A DNA stretch of 64,000 nt from Chiloscyllium plagiosum (Eukaryota), in contig NC_057743.1 in assembly GCF_004010195.1 (NCBI RefSeq), forward strand, positions 35,665,208-35,729,207, given 5' to 3'. The number at the start of each line of letters is the position of its first letter. The first letter of the stretch is position 1. The position numbers were made by a program, and so were the translations under genes. This document shows positions 38,725 to 52,889 of the stretch, in pieces. The notes beneath the pieces were generated by a model, which worked only from the letters and a program-made list of their open reading frames with translations, did not search any database and was not told where the DNA came from.

Positions 38725-40330
38725 ACCACAAGACCATGTAGGAGGAGGCTAATCAGCCCATCAAGTCTAGTGGCCTGAATCAGAGGCTGAATGTTCCATA
38801 TACCTGTATTGAGATTGGACTTTTAAGATTTGGACACTTTTCTTTCTTCACATCTGGACGTTTTTCTTTCCTTTTGGCTCTGTTTCTTATATTTCTGTTG
38901 CCTTTTTAATTCTGGTTTTTCTAAAAAAGATGCCACTGGAGAATGGCAACTTTGTATACTTTTCACTGGATTCCTGCATTCCTATAGGAGGAGAAAGTGA
39001 GGACTGCAGATGCTGGAGATCAGAGCTGAAAATGTGTTGCTGGAAAAGCACAGCAGGTCAGGCAGCATCCAAGTTCCTGAAGAAGGGCTCATGCCCAAAA
39101 CGTCAATTCTCCTGCTCTTTGGATGCTGTCTGACCTGCACTTTTCCAGCAACACATTTTCAGTCCTGTATTCCTATACTTGAATGAGTGTGACAATAAGA
39201 TCTAATTTTAATTATGGCTGATCTGATAATCCTCAACTACACTTTCTTGCCTTTTCCCCAAAACCCTAGATTCTTTTAACGCTTAAAAATTTGTCCATCT
39301 CAGTCTTGAAAATACTCAATGATCCAGCACTTACAACTCTCAGTGGTAAGGAATTCCACAGATTCACTACCCTCAGACAATAATGGCATGCGTCTTAAAA
39401 GAGCAATCTCTTATTCTGAGATTATGTCTCAAGTTCTAGACTCTCTAACAAGGGCAAAAAAACCTTTCTGCATTTATCCTGTCAAGCCTGCTAAGAATCT
39501 TCTTTGTTTCTATACAGTTGCCTCTCATTCTTCTAAACGCCAATGAATATAGGCCCAATCTCTTCTTACAAGTCAGTCCCTCCATACCTAGGATCAGTGA
39601 ACCTTCTCGAATGGATTGCCAGTACATCATTTCTTAGATAAGCGGAGCAAAACTGTTCAGAATATTCCTCAAAAGAATTCTTAGAAATTTGATTGGCATG
39701 ATTTCCCTTTCACGAACTCATGCTGACTATGGATTTCTAAATGCTCTGCTATTACATCCTTTATAATAGACTGTTAACATTTGTTAAGCTAACTGACCTA
39801 TGTTTTGTCTCCTTCCCTTTTTAAAATAAAGGTTCTACATAGGTTGTTTTCCAATCCTCAGAGACATTTTCAGAAGCCAAGGATTCTAAGAAGATTACTA
39901 CCAGTATATCAATCATCGCTGTAGCTGCTAATTTTAATTCTAGTGTACAACCCATCATGTGGAGGGGTCTTTGCAGCTCTTTAGCCCCATTAATATTTAC
40001 TTCTTATGCTCCTTTTCCACCTTGGATAATATGGTATTTTTGGAATGCATTAGTGTTTCATAGAAGATGCTAATAGCAACGTAGCTATTCAATTCCTCTG
40101 CCATTCCTCATTGTTTTCTTAGCCTTGTTCTCCAAGAGGCTTACGTCAACTTTGGCCTCTCTTTTCCTTCCTATATATTTAAAGCAACCCTTGCTGTCTT
40201 ACTTGCAAGTTTATTCTCAAAGTTTATTTTCTCCTTTATTGTTGGCTTTGGTCATCATTTGTTAGTTTTTAAAACTTTCCCAACCCTCTACCCTTTCACT
40301 AATCTTTGCCACAATATAGATTTTTCCTTC
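38725..40330 (-). mobile_element. Old, deleted CR1 LINE interrupted at ~38770-39212 by a SINE-like element
   Basis: Tail accacaagacc...cagcccatcaagtc resumes at tatggctgatctgataatcctc. ORF LGLYSLAFRRMRGNCIETKKILSRLDRINAE. Confidence 0.7.
38987..39162. mobile_element. Palindromic PLE-derived element (family 1), left arm internally shortened
   Basis: 15-bp TSD tcctg(c/t)attcctata (38972-38986 / 39163-39177). Core ttc-ctgaaga-a-gggc-tcat-gccc-aaaacgtc. Confidence 0.88.
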
Positions 40331-41875
40331 TAAATTTGATGAATTGATTATCTTGAACATTAATTTAACTTCTGAAAGACTTGATGAAAAAAGGTGTTAG
40401 CAAGCACTTTGTGCTGTGTTAAAATACAAAAGAAAATCCCACAATACATAGAGCAATAACAGGTGAAAGAAGCCTGGAATTGATATTTTCTGGATGCACA
40501 AGATGCTGAACTCAGGAGGGCTGAGAGCTAAAGCAAGTTAGAATCGCTAACTGTGAGCGGAGTTATTGAAAACATTCATCTGGAGCATGTTATGGTAAGG
40601 AAAAGTAGTAACAAGACAAAAAAGGTCTGGAAAAGTAAGGTTTGAGATAATAAAATCACGTTAGCTGACAATCTTGCTAATAACGGAAAGCAAATCTGTA
40701 CAATGGAAGTAACAGAGATGGAGACTAAGAGCCAGAAGTAGACTGCAACAAGACAATTAAGGTGCTTGAGAAATTATTTTGAATTCAGTATTCAGGGGAC
40801 AGGGGCACCAGACAGGTTGGGAAAGACTCGAAAAGCAAGCAGGACTCAGTATGGGCTGGAATTAGGGTCTCCAACTGTGATTAAATATATGCCAGGAAGT
40901 TTCATTACATGATTTGCCCACATATTCCAGCTATTAGTAAGACAAACATCCATCCTTCCGAGGTACTCCACTCAATCCCAGTTGGTAACCAAAAGGACCC
41001 ATTAGCTAATTGGGTAATGCTCAAGCTGACAGCCAAACATCCATTTTTCCCATTTTCAATGTTTTTCTGACAAAACAGAAATATTTTAAAAAAGACAATT
41101 TTTTTTAACATTCCAGAGTTGCACAAAGCAGTATCATGGGAATTGATTTTTAATTCCTTATGATTGCAGGCCAATCTGGAGAATTAGCAACCTCAGCCAG
41201 GATGTTTCAGGCTACTGGAGTTTGAGACAAGTGAAGCTCAGGAGGCCACCAGGGAAAGTATTTGAAGAAGCAAAGACTGAGGCAACACAGTATTGATAAG
41301 TAGTGGTTTGGTACTGGATACAATTTGCAGTTTCATTTTGGTCTTTCAATAAAACAGGGTACCAAAACTGTGCACCAATTGGTATAACCTATGAAAACAT
41401 AAAGAACCAGTGGATTCAAGGAGTAAAATTATGGAGTTCTTAAAAGGCTAGCCAAATAAGTAAAATTCAGTTATCTCAACATCTAAGCTATAATTTGACG
41501 TCAAAATGGCAATCTGACAGAACTACTTGTGGAATTGAAAGTACCGATAGAACGCAGAAGCAAAAGTGTATATATATTAACACTGACCCCAAAACTACTT
41601 GACTGGTGGAAAGGCTCAAACAGTTTTGTTTTGAGATTCCCAACTTTATAAACAATTCAAATACAATGATCACAAGCTAGAATAGAATTGAAAAATTCTT
41701 GTGTTATTGCACCTAGATTTTAATTGTTTCATAATTGACGGTCGCACCTTGAGTTCAAACCCCAAGCTCCAGAAAAACCTAACATTTTGACCCAGCTTTT
41801 GTTCATCTGACTAATACCTCATGAGACTAGGAATCATACTTTGTTTTATGATGTTGCTAAGCCCTTTGGAATCTT

Positions 41876-42027
41876 GATCAAAAACAGAAGTTGCTGGAAA
41901 AGCTCAGCAGGTCTGGCATCATCTGTGAACAGAAATCAAAGTTAACATTTCAGGTCAGGTGACCCTTCTTCAGAACTTCAATTTTTGTTTCTTTTATCAC
42001 AGCATCTACAGTTCATTGGGTTTTTAA
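41876..42027. mobile_element. PLE-derived element (family 3) with hammerhead-like motif
   Basis: 11-bp TSD tttggaatctt (41865-41875 / 42028-42038). Minus 41976-41941 reads GTT-CTGAAGA-A-GGGTCA-CC-TGACCT-GAA-ATGT-T-AAC. Confidence 0.8.
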
Positions 42028-43444
42028 TTTGGAATCTTCAGTTTTGTTGCATTTCAGACACTATAAAAATATTTGTTAATGATACTTGTAATGCATCCTA
42101 GTCACCATATATTCTCAAGGTAATTAATTTTCCCCTCTTCTGGAAAGCAATTATCCAATACAATCCACTCTCTCAGTTTTACATTTTAGTTTCCATCAAG
42201 AAACAGCCAAAACAGTCAAAGCATTGAAATATTCTACACAACCATTTGGGACACAAGCCAAACTTAGGCGTAAAGCTTTGTTCAATTTCTTCTTCTTCAA
42301 CCTGAAGCTAGCGCAAAGAATAATGACAACTCAAACTTGAGTGCCAGTTAATGGAATCAAACCTGTTTCTCACCATTCATTTCATGCACTCAAGCACCAA
42401 CACATTTCATTTCCTCATACCATTTTGACTGCTGCTGAAACAAAACACATTTTCTTGAAGTTTTTTGCCTTGCACTCAGAGCATTTCCCCACTTCAAAAC
42501 ATAGCAACATCATAAACTCACTTAAATGGAAGTGGTTTGGCAACAGAATTAACAATGCCACTAAACACGTAATAAATCTTTGATCAGCTACTGTCTTAAA
42601 GCAAGGAATCTGTCCTTGTACGTGGTTTCAATTTGGTGAGCCTTCATCGCTCAAATGTCAAAAGATATTCGTTGAGTTCAAACTCCCTTACTCCCAGCTA
42701 TCCCACCTCAATTAGTGTCCACTGAAAACTGCGAACCCATGGATACATGCCTGGCTGATCTATTAATGTTCACATGCGATGTGAATATCTGGCAGCCTTG
42801 CAAGGCCTGAAGGCCAACATGGACAGACAAATCATAACCTAATAAAAGGGACTGAAACAGTTATTCCTGAATAACCCTGACTATATCAGCAGAGTGCATG
42901 CCATTCTTAGTGAGAGGTAAAACCTGTATCCATTGTACCTGTCACCAGATAACTTTACACAAAAGCGAGCTTTAATAAAAGTATATGCTGGACTTGTGTA
43001 AGGGCAATAAGCTGATAGACATACTATGGTTTATCCTTGCAGCTCACTGTAAGGACAAATGTACGAGTTACCCAGGACACACAAAAGTGATGCCCATTTA
43101 ACACACTCTTATATGACCAGTTCAGCACAATATGAACTGGTCAAATTGTTTGATGAACAGCTATTATCAGCTCTGAGCAAGTTCTTCAATCGTAGTGAAG
43201 AATGCTTCCACATTTTCAAAGACTTCCTTATCAATAGTGATGCAATGTTCATGTTCTCATTTGACATAGTTAACCTATTCACCAAAGTATCACTCGAAGA
43301 AGCTGTAGACGCCTGTCCTGCAGCACTATGTCATGGCAATCTAGATCTGCATGCAACAGCATTCCTTGAACAAATTAACTCAGCAACTTGCACAGTTGAG
43401 TTCAATTTCAATATCATGCATACCCAAATAGATGGGGTTGCCAA

Positions 43445-44699
43445 TGATTAAATACGTTTTTTTTAAATTCTACTTTTTTTTTTATTGTGGACTGGAATGG
43501 GATAAGGACTATTAATGCAGGAATTGCTGTACTTTTGAACAGCAAGTCACAAACTCATTAGAAGTCACATTTACACTGCTGCTCTGTTCCAACAGTTGAG
43601 AGGGTGGGGTGTAGCAGAGTGCCTGTTACCAGTGAGAGTACAAAAATTGAGAATGAGTCAGCAACAAGTAGTCAATTTTATAGAATCCCTACAGTGTGGA
43701 AACAGGCCACTTGGCCCAACAAGTCCACCTCAATCCTCCGAAAAGTAACCAACCCAGATCCATTGCCCTACAGTATTACTCCACATTGACCTCAGACTAA
43801 TGCATTTAACCTACACATCCCTGTGGTCAATTTATCATTGCCAATTCACCTAATCTGCACATATTTGGATTCTGGGAGGAAACCCAAGCAGACACTGAAA
43901 ATGTGCAAACTCCATACAGGCAGTCACCTGAGGCTGGAATCGAATCCAGGTCCCTGGTGTTGAGGCAGCAGTGCTAACCACTGAGACACCGTGCCACCCC
44001 ATTTGTGAAGCTGCAATCAGTTGTGATGACAAAGGCCAGAGTTATAACAATTATCTGATTGGCACTTGTGAGCATGAACAATATTAGCAGAAGCTTTCAG
44101 GCTACTGCAAAAGGGAGATGGTGTGTCTTTCTCTCCTGTAAAATACCTGAAGCAAGCCTATTTATTTTCCCTCACTGGTTGCTGTAAGCGTCGGCTTTAA
44201 CCAGTAAGTAACATATTTTGCGGTTGATGTATCTGCTCCAAAAGGTGAAAAGGTCATGGAGGAGAGATAGAAAAACTAGCCCTGGGAAACAAAAAAAGTA
44301 TCATCTCATGAACCCTATGCACTGGGGTCACGGAGCTGCTTTCTCCTGTTTTTTTCTCTCCAACCAGAATATACCGGTGTTCTTTTGCACGTTTGTGTGT
44401 ATGAGAGAGCTTTAGAGTGAGTTAGAGTTTTAACTAGTAGAGTATGTCAATAGATCATAGTCACTTATCTATGGTTAGAATCTACTTATTTGTAATAATT
44501 TTTTAACTCTTTTTAAGTGCATAAACCTACTTTGTGTTTGCTGTTTGCCTGGCTCCATTCTGACAGGTAAAGTGGGGACTTTTTGCACTTTGGTAACATT
44601 CTTAATTTGTGACAACTCCAGGAATAGCAGCACTTGATTTCCGTATGCTGCTCCAATAAAGTGTGATACATAGGATTCCCACTCTGCATAGTGGTCACA
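43445..44699 (+). mobile_element. LTR-like interspersed repeat, copy 2 (TG...CA, AATAAA near 3' end)
   Basis: Interrupts the PLE RT right after QIDGVA and ends gtggtcaca. aataaa at ~44654. Homologous to 35472-36600. Confidence 0.55.
43680..43998 (-). mobile_element. HE1-type V-SINE
   Basis: Reverse-complement similarity to 59703-60010 (gtgtggaaacaggcc...aagtccac; aggcagcagtgctaaccactgag..accgtgcc). Confidence 0.88.
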
Positions 44700-45974
44700 A
44701 ATATATCTTTGTTCAGTTCTCTGAGGAACATGGCTTCAATCGAATGACAATCTCCTCCCCTTGTATATATCCTATATTTGGACAATATGCTTGCTATGTT
44801 TAAACCCTCAGCTGCACAAAAGAATGCCTTAGCGGGCTCCATCCTGTACTCAAATTCACATATAAAATGGAACAGTCAAATAAGCTTGCTTTCATCATCA
44901 AGAAATCAGCCAGAGGGTTCTCTACCACTGTTCACCACAAACCTACTGTCAAGGCGAGTATATATATTGGGATTCCTACAGTGCCAAATACTGTAGATTG
45001 ACTTTATAAGAAATCTGGTAAACAGAGACAAAGCTATTTGTTCATCGTACAAACTGGATGCTGAAATGGTTGCACTTGGTTCTGAAAAGAACCCAATCTA
45101 CTTCAGAATTCAAAAATTTGAGCAACAAGTGAAGTAGTTGTTTCACACTGCTACTATGCAGTACCAACACAAGTAGTCTGTTTGAAATACAATGCTGTCA
45201 TCAAGCCAAACAGATGCTCTACCTATCGCACAATAATAATTAATGTGGCATATGGTTTCAGTGCTGGTGTGATGGCAGGAATAATGGCTGTGCATCACCA
45301 AGTCTGGCTGATTGTGTCAAATAGCATATCCCTTTGGCTATTTGCAAGAGAGATACTTACTGTACCCAATCAACCATGCTTGCAAAGTTGGCAACATTGT
45401 GTTTAACATTAGATGTGATTCAGCAATTGGTAACATTTGCTGGCTAATTCCGAATGTGCTGGAATTAAATGGCAACCAATTTTGGATCACTAGTTTGGAA
45501 GTTACATATATTAATACACAGGACTCTGTTAGTTGCAGACAGATTGTACATGTACACAAACACACAATGCCTGTTTCAATGCAACAATATAGGTAATAGC
45601 TATTTGTTGCATTACTTCTCAGGTCAATACCCTATCCAAACAAAATCAACCTGCCGATTTAAAATTTAACAAAGCCTGGCTGATAAATGTCAAATCAGTG
45701 TTAATGGGTGCATTCACAATAGCATTGCCTCTACCAATTGGGAACCTATTGGCCAACCACTTAATTTTCTTTTGTGAAGTATACATTTTGTGCTTTTTTT
45801 GTGAAGTGTCCCGACGAGTGCAAATAAAAAAAACTTTGACAACTTTTTTTTTTCTAGAAGGACTCAAGTTCTATACTACTAAACAATTCTTACATATCAT
45901 TATCCATATGGAAGCATATGAACATGCAAGAGAATACCATCAAATCCTGAGTGTTTGATGGATGCAACAAATCA

Positions 45975-46270
45975 AAATCTTGCATTTATGTAATGCCTTT
46001 TAGGACTGCATTATGACCCAAAAGGTTTTACAGCTAATAACACTCTTGAAATGTCACGACTGTTGTAACACACTCAAAAAGCAATATAGGCTGTTTTGGT
46101 GATGTTGGCTGATAGGCAAATATGGTCCAAATCCTTGGAGAAAATTGATTGTGTATTTTGTTTTGTAAAATTTGTCAAAAAATGTTTTATGTCCACCTGA
46201 GGGGACAACTGGGAACTTGGCCTAACATTTCAAAGACAAACCAGCATACCCTCAACATGACAGTGACATG
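45975..46270 (-). mobile_element. Ancient Deu-domain SINE remnant
   Basis: cttgcatttatgtaatgcctttt...ttttacagctaat...ggtgatgttggctga..ggcaaatatggtc...ttttatgtccacctgag. Confidence 0.55.
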
Positions 46271-47694
46271 AACCATCTATCCCAATAATTCCCACAAATC
46301 TCTGGGATAGGCAAAAAAAGGAAAAATCGTCTTGTTAGCTCGCAAGATGTATAGCTCCATACGTAACAGGATGTGGTATACGCGTTTTGATGGTATAATG
46401 TTAGGAACAAATGCACCCCAATTCAGATGTACCAAGCATCTCATCAGGTTTCACTATTACAGGGGCTTTGAAACAATTTTGTGGACAGCAGTACACCATT
46501 ATGGTTGACAAGCAGCCTTCGTTTACTGAAAACACTGGAAAAAGATCACTAGAATTTTGCAATTTGATGAGCTGTATTTTTAATCTTAATGAAGTAAAGG
46601 ACACTTTGTGAGCAAAAATTCTAGAGTATGCACATTTCAAAGACGTCTGTAATCTGGTTATAAATTATGCAACTATATTACTGTTTATAAAGTACAGAAA
46701 TGGCAGAGCAGCTTTTCATCTCTTTTTTTAATGAATCCCATTAAAAAGTTCAATAAAGCTTGAAATTTCAGGATTTCTATTCATTCATTACTAATCCCAT
46801 CAAAAGAACATTTTTCAGATGTAACTTGTCCACTAATTAGCAACAATGAACTAATCAAAACATCTCTCAATGAAAATTATCATGACTAGTCAACATTAAC
46901 TGTCAGGATCGTTATGGAAATTATTTTTACTTAAAACACCCATATACTATCCACCTCTTTTCTACTCTCCCAAAATTAGAAAGTATTTCACAAACCGATT
47001 AGAAGAAGGTTCATATACAGTACACCAAAATGTCAGCTCATTGAAAATTCATTGGTTAAAACTGCAAGTCTCATTTAATAGGCCCTATTAAGAACCAAAA
47101 CAGCAATTTAAAACGCCGACATGTAAAATGCTTGCATTCTTTATTGAAGTGACTTGAAAGAAAACATAAAATGATTTCTACAGTAAACAGACTCTGAATT
47201 ACCAATGACTATCCAGGGAAAGAAGTCTTTGATTTAAAAGAACATAACCCTATAAAGCATCTTCAATAAGTTAAACACAGATGTAATCCATAACCAACAG
47301 TGGATGTACAAAAGTAAATTGCCTGAATGTCACATTTCCAGCTAAAAACAATTCAGAACTGAAATTCCCATCAGCTAAGTTGAAGAGCCCGTGAATAAAC
47401 AGATATAATGTGAACACATTTTAAGCAAATGCAAACAATTTAACAAAGACAAATAGAGCAGACAATAATAGTTTTAAAATTTAAGATAGGCCAACAGATG
47501 CATTTCTGTTGATAACACAAAAATAATGACATTCCATATTGTCATCAAAATAACTAACACATTTGCTGCTGCTAGCAGCTAATTAAAATAAAATTGAACT
47601 AGTTAGAAACAGGCTGCTCCTATCTCAGTCGAATACTGTTGCCAACCACAACATACCATTAAAATTAAGGCTGCAGCCCTCAACGGATATCCAT

Positions 47695-48090
47695 GTCAGC
47701 TGTGGCTTTGTTGATTACACTCTTGCCTCTGAACCAGGGGGTTGTAGATTCAAAGTCCACCCAAGAGACTTGAGCACAATAATAAATAATTCAGTGCAGT
47801 ATTGAGGGAATGCTGCACTATCAGAAGTTACATCTTTTCAGCTGAAAAGTTATACTGAGACCCAATCTATTCACTTAGGTGAAAGCAAAAAAGATTGAAT
47901 GTCGAAGGTGGTATCCCTAGCATCCTGTCCAACATTTATCCCTTAATCAACATCACAAAAAATCAAAAAAAGAGATTTATCTGTCATTATCATTCGTTTC
48001 TTGCTGTGTTGAAATTGGTGCTATGTTTTTGACATCACACTTGAAAATACTTGGTATGTCCCAAGCTTATGGAAATTGTCATATTCATAA
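47695..48090 (+). mobile_element. tRNA-derived Deu-domain SINE (SacSINE1-like)
   Basis: Head tgtggct...actcttgcctctgaaccagggggttgtagattcaaagtcc; body gagacttgagcaca...cagtgcagtattgagggaatgctgcact...aacatttatcccttaatcaacatcac. Confidence 0.65.
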
Positions 48091-48149
48091 AAGTCTTTTA
48101 ACAAAGAACCACCATAAAGACCCACAGGTTTCTATGTTCAATCCTCAGA

Positions 48150-48660
48150 CTATAAGGTGTAGCAGAAGTAGACTATTGACCCATCTAGTCTGTACTGTGA
48201 TTCAATTAAATGACGGATGATCTGATAATCCTCAACTTCACTCATTTGTCTTTGCCATAACCCTTGATTCCCTTACTCATTAAAAATCTAATTCTCAGAC
48301 TTAAATTTATTTAATGACCAGCAGTAAAGATTTCCACAGACTTAAATTTCTTCTCTGAGGGTTGTGTCGTATGTCTTAAATGGTGACCCCTTCCTCTGAC
48401 ATAAACCCTTCAGTCGAGACACACTCACAAGGGGGAAACAACTTCTCAGTACCTACCACGTCAAACTCTCGAAGAAGCTTGTGTTTCAATGAGGTCACCG
48501 TTCAAGCTCCTAACTCCAATGTCCTACATAAGCCTACTCAACTGCTCCTTTACAAATTCAATCACCGAGATCAACCCAGAGATCCATCTCTGGAATACCT
48601 CCAATGGCAGTGTAGCTTTCTTTAGATAAAGGGATCAAAACTGTTTACAGTATGCTTGCA
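48150..48660 (-). mobile_element. Old CR1 3' fragment
   Basis: tgatctgataatcctcaact...ccataacccttgattcccttact...cttagataaagggatcaaaactgt, similar to 39213-39660. Confidence 0.65.
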
Positions 48661-51600
48661 GTTTTTATGTTTTTTTTAAAGAACGAAGGTTAGGGAGGAA
48701 AAGGAGAAATTAAGCAAAGCCTTTAACTGCTACTAAGGGTTTGATACTCCCATTGGATCAGATGAGGGCAGGATTAGAATGAACTGCATGCTTCCACTAA
48801 ACTCTCAGGTAATGGCCAGCGAGAGCAATCAAGAATTTGATTGCAAATTTTATTTTCCAGATGTAAGAATGTTGTTGTTGTAGCAGAAATGTCTGGGAAT
48901 ACATATAAATTCTAGGCATAGAAAGACCTGATAATGAAATTTTGGGCGATGATACCAGAGAAACATCTGCTTCCTTTCCATCTGAACGAAACACCACTCA
49001 GGATGGATAGGAACTGGTTAGCTTTGCATCTTTCCTGAGAACCAGGGGTCTCAAGGTGAAAATGCCATCTGCCAAGCACAGCCAGCCAAAAGCCGATAGC
49101 ACTATTCAGAACTGCAGGTAACTTCCAGGGTCGTCACCAGAGATTATTGCAGATAGCTGGACTTAGATAAGAGGGAGTAGCTTTGAGATCATGAAAAAGG
49201 CATGGGGATCAGAAGTTGAGGCAAGGTGTGTTGCTTTCAGTCACCATCCTGTCCCTAATGTCAGGTTCCTCAATCAGGGACTAGAAAGAGGCACTCTCTT
49301 ACAAGGCTGCCGGTAAACCCATGATAATTTCTAAGACATCCTGCAGGAGGCATGGAAAAGCTGAGCTTCTCGCATTTAATCCTTGAGCCACCAGTCAGTC
49401 AATTTGTTGAATCACAGAAATGATACAGTGCAGGAGGCGGCTGCTTGACCCATTATCTCTACACTACATTTGAGCATTTTGTCATCACACCAAACTCCAG
49501 ATTTTCCCCCACAACCCTGCACATTGATTCTATTTAAATAATCATCCTATGCCTCTTAATTGCCTCAACTGAGCCTGTTCCAGTGGGCTAGAGCTAATTG
49601 GTGTCAATTGGCTCAATAATGAGCCAAAGTGACATTCCACCTCAATCAGGCAAGTATCCGCCATGCACTCCTTCCAGACTCCAAGTTAAGCACAAGTTTT
49701 ATCAATACTGGAGCACGAGTTGCAGCCTCACCCAAAAGAGGATAAATTTAACCCTAACTTAAAGGTCCGACTGACATTATTGCATGCAGCAACACTATAC
49801 AGCTCTACTACAGCCACAATAGGCAATGTATTTTGGGAGTAGCACAAGGGACTGTCCATTTTTAAAGATCAAGAAAGGGGTAAAGGTCACCTGCCCACTC
49901 TTGCTCTTTATGCACCAATACAGTAGCATTTATGACAGATATTCATTACCACAAACCCCTTCAAAAATCTAATACAAAGAGATTCTGCAATTAGAAAGGT
50001 AAACTAAACACCATTAGATAAGGAATCCTTACACTACATCATTTATTTAATGGCCTAATTTTTGTTTTGCTATTTTGTAAATTATTTTAGGTAATACCTT
50101 ATGTTTAGTCCCATGGGTATAACATTCTCTACATATTAAAATACTGCAAATATCTGTCAAAATCAAAATTACATCATTTTGTACATAAATGTCCAGGTAG
50201 AAAAAAACATTTGCAAATTTAGCACCCGATTACAAAATAGGTACTTTAATTACTTTATTATTTTAATTATTTCAGCAGAATGAAGTATTACCTTGCCTCA
50301 ACTGTTGCTAGTGTTGAATGTTTTAATTATTAAATATTTACACAGATGCAGCCTCTATTCTGCCAAAGTGATTAATGCTTTCAAACAAAATTCTTCTGCA
50401 ATAAATACTTCTCTGGGTAATATGTTATATTTACCAACAGTAACCAGATAAAATAACATTAACAATTTCAATATCTGAAACGAGAACAGGAAAAATGAAA
50501 GAGTATATTTCACTACATTAAAAAAAATGCAAAAATCTGTGGGTTTTTCCGACCTATTTCTTTCATTAGGGTGCAACAAACTCAAATTATTCAGAGTTCT
50601 CAAAAAAACTGTGTACGAAGCAAAACAAACATGCTCAATACGTCTATTTGGTACCTTTTCTAATACAACTAGCTGTTTGGAAAGACTAACAAACCCAAAA
50701 TCATTTGATTTAATAGTTACAAACGTATTGAACCCTCAGCCATCTTCACACTTTATATGATGCCAATTATTTGTTAGTCTAATTTATAATTATGATTAGT
50801 GTAGTTCCTGCAAGGTAAAACATTACCAAGTGGGAGGATAACAAAAGCTAATGTGTAGTACACATATCGGACCTTTGCTAAAAGCAGACATCCAATAAAT
50901 CACAACACCTGCAGCTTTAGATAGTTAACTCTTCCAGCCTCCTGTTTGCCAACTTAGATAGTTAACTGTCTTTCAGCTAATACACAATCACAAAATTGTG
51001 TCGTCATTCATGTAGGAAAATCAAGTTTTCAAAAGCATGGTTCCAGGCAAACAAAAGTAAACTTTTATTTATGTTATTCATTAACATTAAAGTTGAATTA
51101 ATTTAAAATCTAGTTAATGGCTCTCTGGGTGATCACTCAGTTAGTAGCTGAAACCTAGTGAAGAAAGGTCAAAACAAAAAGGTGACCAGGAAAAATCAAC
51201 CAAGTCGTATTCATTCCCTCGCTGTCCTTCCTAAAAGTACACATTTGTGATCAATGGGCAAAGAAAGGATCAAGTCCAGATGCAATCTCGTCCTCATGGA
51301 TGAATAGATTGACAACATTCACCTCCGATGAAGCACTGGTGGTCTATCCCACTTGCTATGCATGTATCTTGGTCTGTTGTGGTGGGTGATATCACTTCTG
51401 GTTCTTTTTCTGAGAAGTTGATAAATGGACCCCAAATCAATGTTTGTTAATGGAGTCCTGGTTTGAATGCCAGGCCCCTAAAATTCCCATGCACATCTTT
51501 GTTTAGCCTGTCCCAGGATAGATGTATTGTCCCAGTCATCTGGTGTCCTTCTTCATCTGTGTGTATGGATACCAGTGATTGTTGGTCATGTCTTTCGATG

Positions 51601-52889
51601 GCTAGTTTGTGCTCATGTATCCTGGTGGCTAATTTCCTGCCCATCGTATCCAATGTAATGTTTGTTCCAGTCCTTGCAGGGTATTTTGTATATGATGTTG
51701 GTACGGGTCCTTTAAATTCATCAGGAGCTGTTTCAATGTGGTGGTAGGTTTGTGGGCTACCATGATGCCTAGGGACTGGACTAGTCTGGTCATCTGAGAT
51801 GTCTTTAATGTATGGCAGGGTGGCTAGAGTCTCTGGACGTGTTGTGTATTCTTGTTTAGGCCTGTTATGTAGGAATCGACCGACCGTGCTTATCGGGTAC
51901 CCGTTGTTCCTGAATTCATTATATAGGTGTTTTTCCTCGGCTTCTCATAGTTCCCGACTGCTGCAGTGTGTTTTGGCTCTTTTAAATAATGTCCTGATGC
52001 AGCTGTGTTTGTGGGTGCAGAGATAATTGCTCCTTGTAGTATCTGGTCAGTGCATGTGGCTTTCCTGTAGACATTGGTCTGCAGTTCTCCACTGTTTTTT
52101 TTTGTTCTACTCTGAAATCTAGGAAGGGGAGTCTGTTGTTGTTCTCTTCCTCTTTGGTGAACTTTATACCGGTAAGGATGCTGTTTAAGTGATTGTGGGT
52201 TTCTTCTAATTTGTTTTGTTTCATGATAAAGGTGTCATCCACATAGCGGACCTAAAGCTTGGGCGAGATCATGGGAAGGGCTGTTCGTTCTAACCTCTTT
52301 GTGACTGCTTCTGCTAAGAGTCCTAATATTGGTGATCCCATGGGGGTCCCATTGATTTGTTTGTAGATCTTATCATTGAAGGTGAAGTGGGTCGTGAGTC
52401 ACAGGTCTACTAGTTTGAGGATGCTGCCCGTGCTGATGAAGCTGGTGCTATCAGGTGTTTGTGTCCTTGGTTCAGCTAGAAGTGAAGCCAGTGTTTCTTT
52501 TGCCAGGGTGATGTTTATTGAAGTGAACGGGTCCTTTATGTCGAAGGAAACCATGGCTTTGTCATCCTTTACCTTGGTGTCGCTGATGATGTTAAGGAGT
52601 GGCTTGAACCTTCTACTAGGTGCTTCAGTTTGTGTTGCAGTTCCTTTGCTAGTCTGTATATCAGTGTACCAGGAAGTGAGACTATGGGTCTGAAGAGGAG
52701 GTCTCCCGTTTATGTACCTTGGGTAATCCGTAGAAACAGGGTGTTTAGATTCTTCTCATTGTTAATTTCATCTGTTTTGTGAAGTTTCCTCAGGGATGCT
52801 GTAATACGGTTTTCTAACTGTGGAGTCTGGTCTATCCCCACCCGTTTGTTGTTGGTATTTACAAGTAGGGTGTTTACTTTTTCAATGTA

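Larger units (their letters stand above)
42590..45845 (+). mobile_element. Old Penelope-like retroelement (RT + GIY-YIG), split by an LTR-like insertion
   Basis: MYELPRTHK...MFSFDIVNLFTKVSL...QIDGVA (43059-43444). It resumes at 44700 with YLDNML..., LHPVLKFTYKMEQSNKLAF, TTVHHKPT, RNLVNRDKAICS and later LEVTYINTQDSVSCRQ. Confidence 0.8.

Noticed and set aside
36600-43445. Proviral internal region between the two LTR-like copies
   Set aside because: No gag/pol/env remnants, and copy 2 is inserted inside a Penelope RT whose halves flank it.
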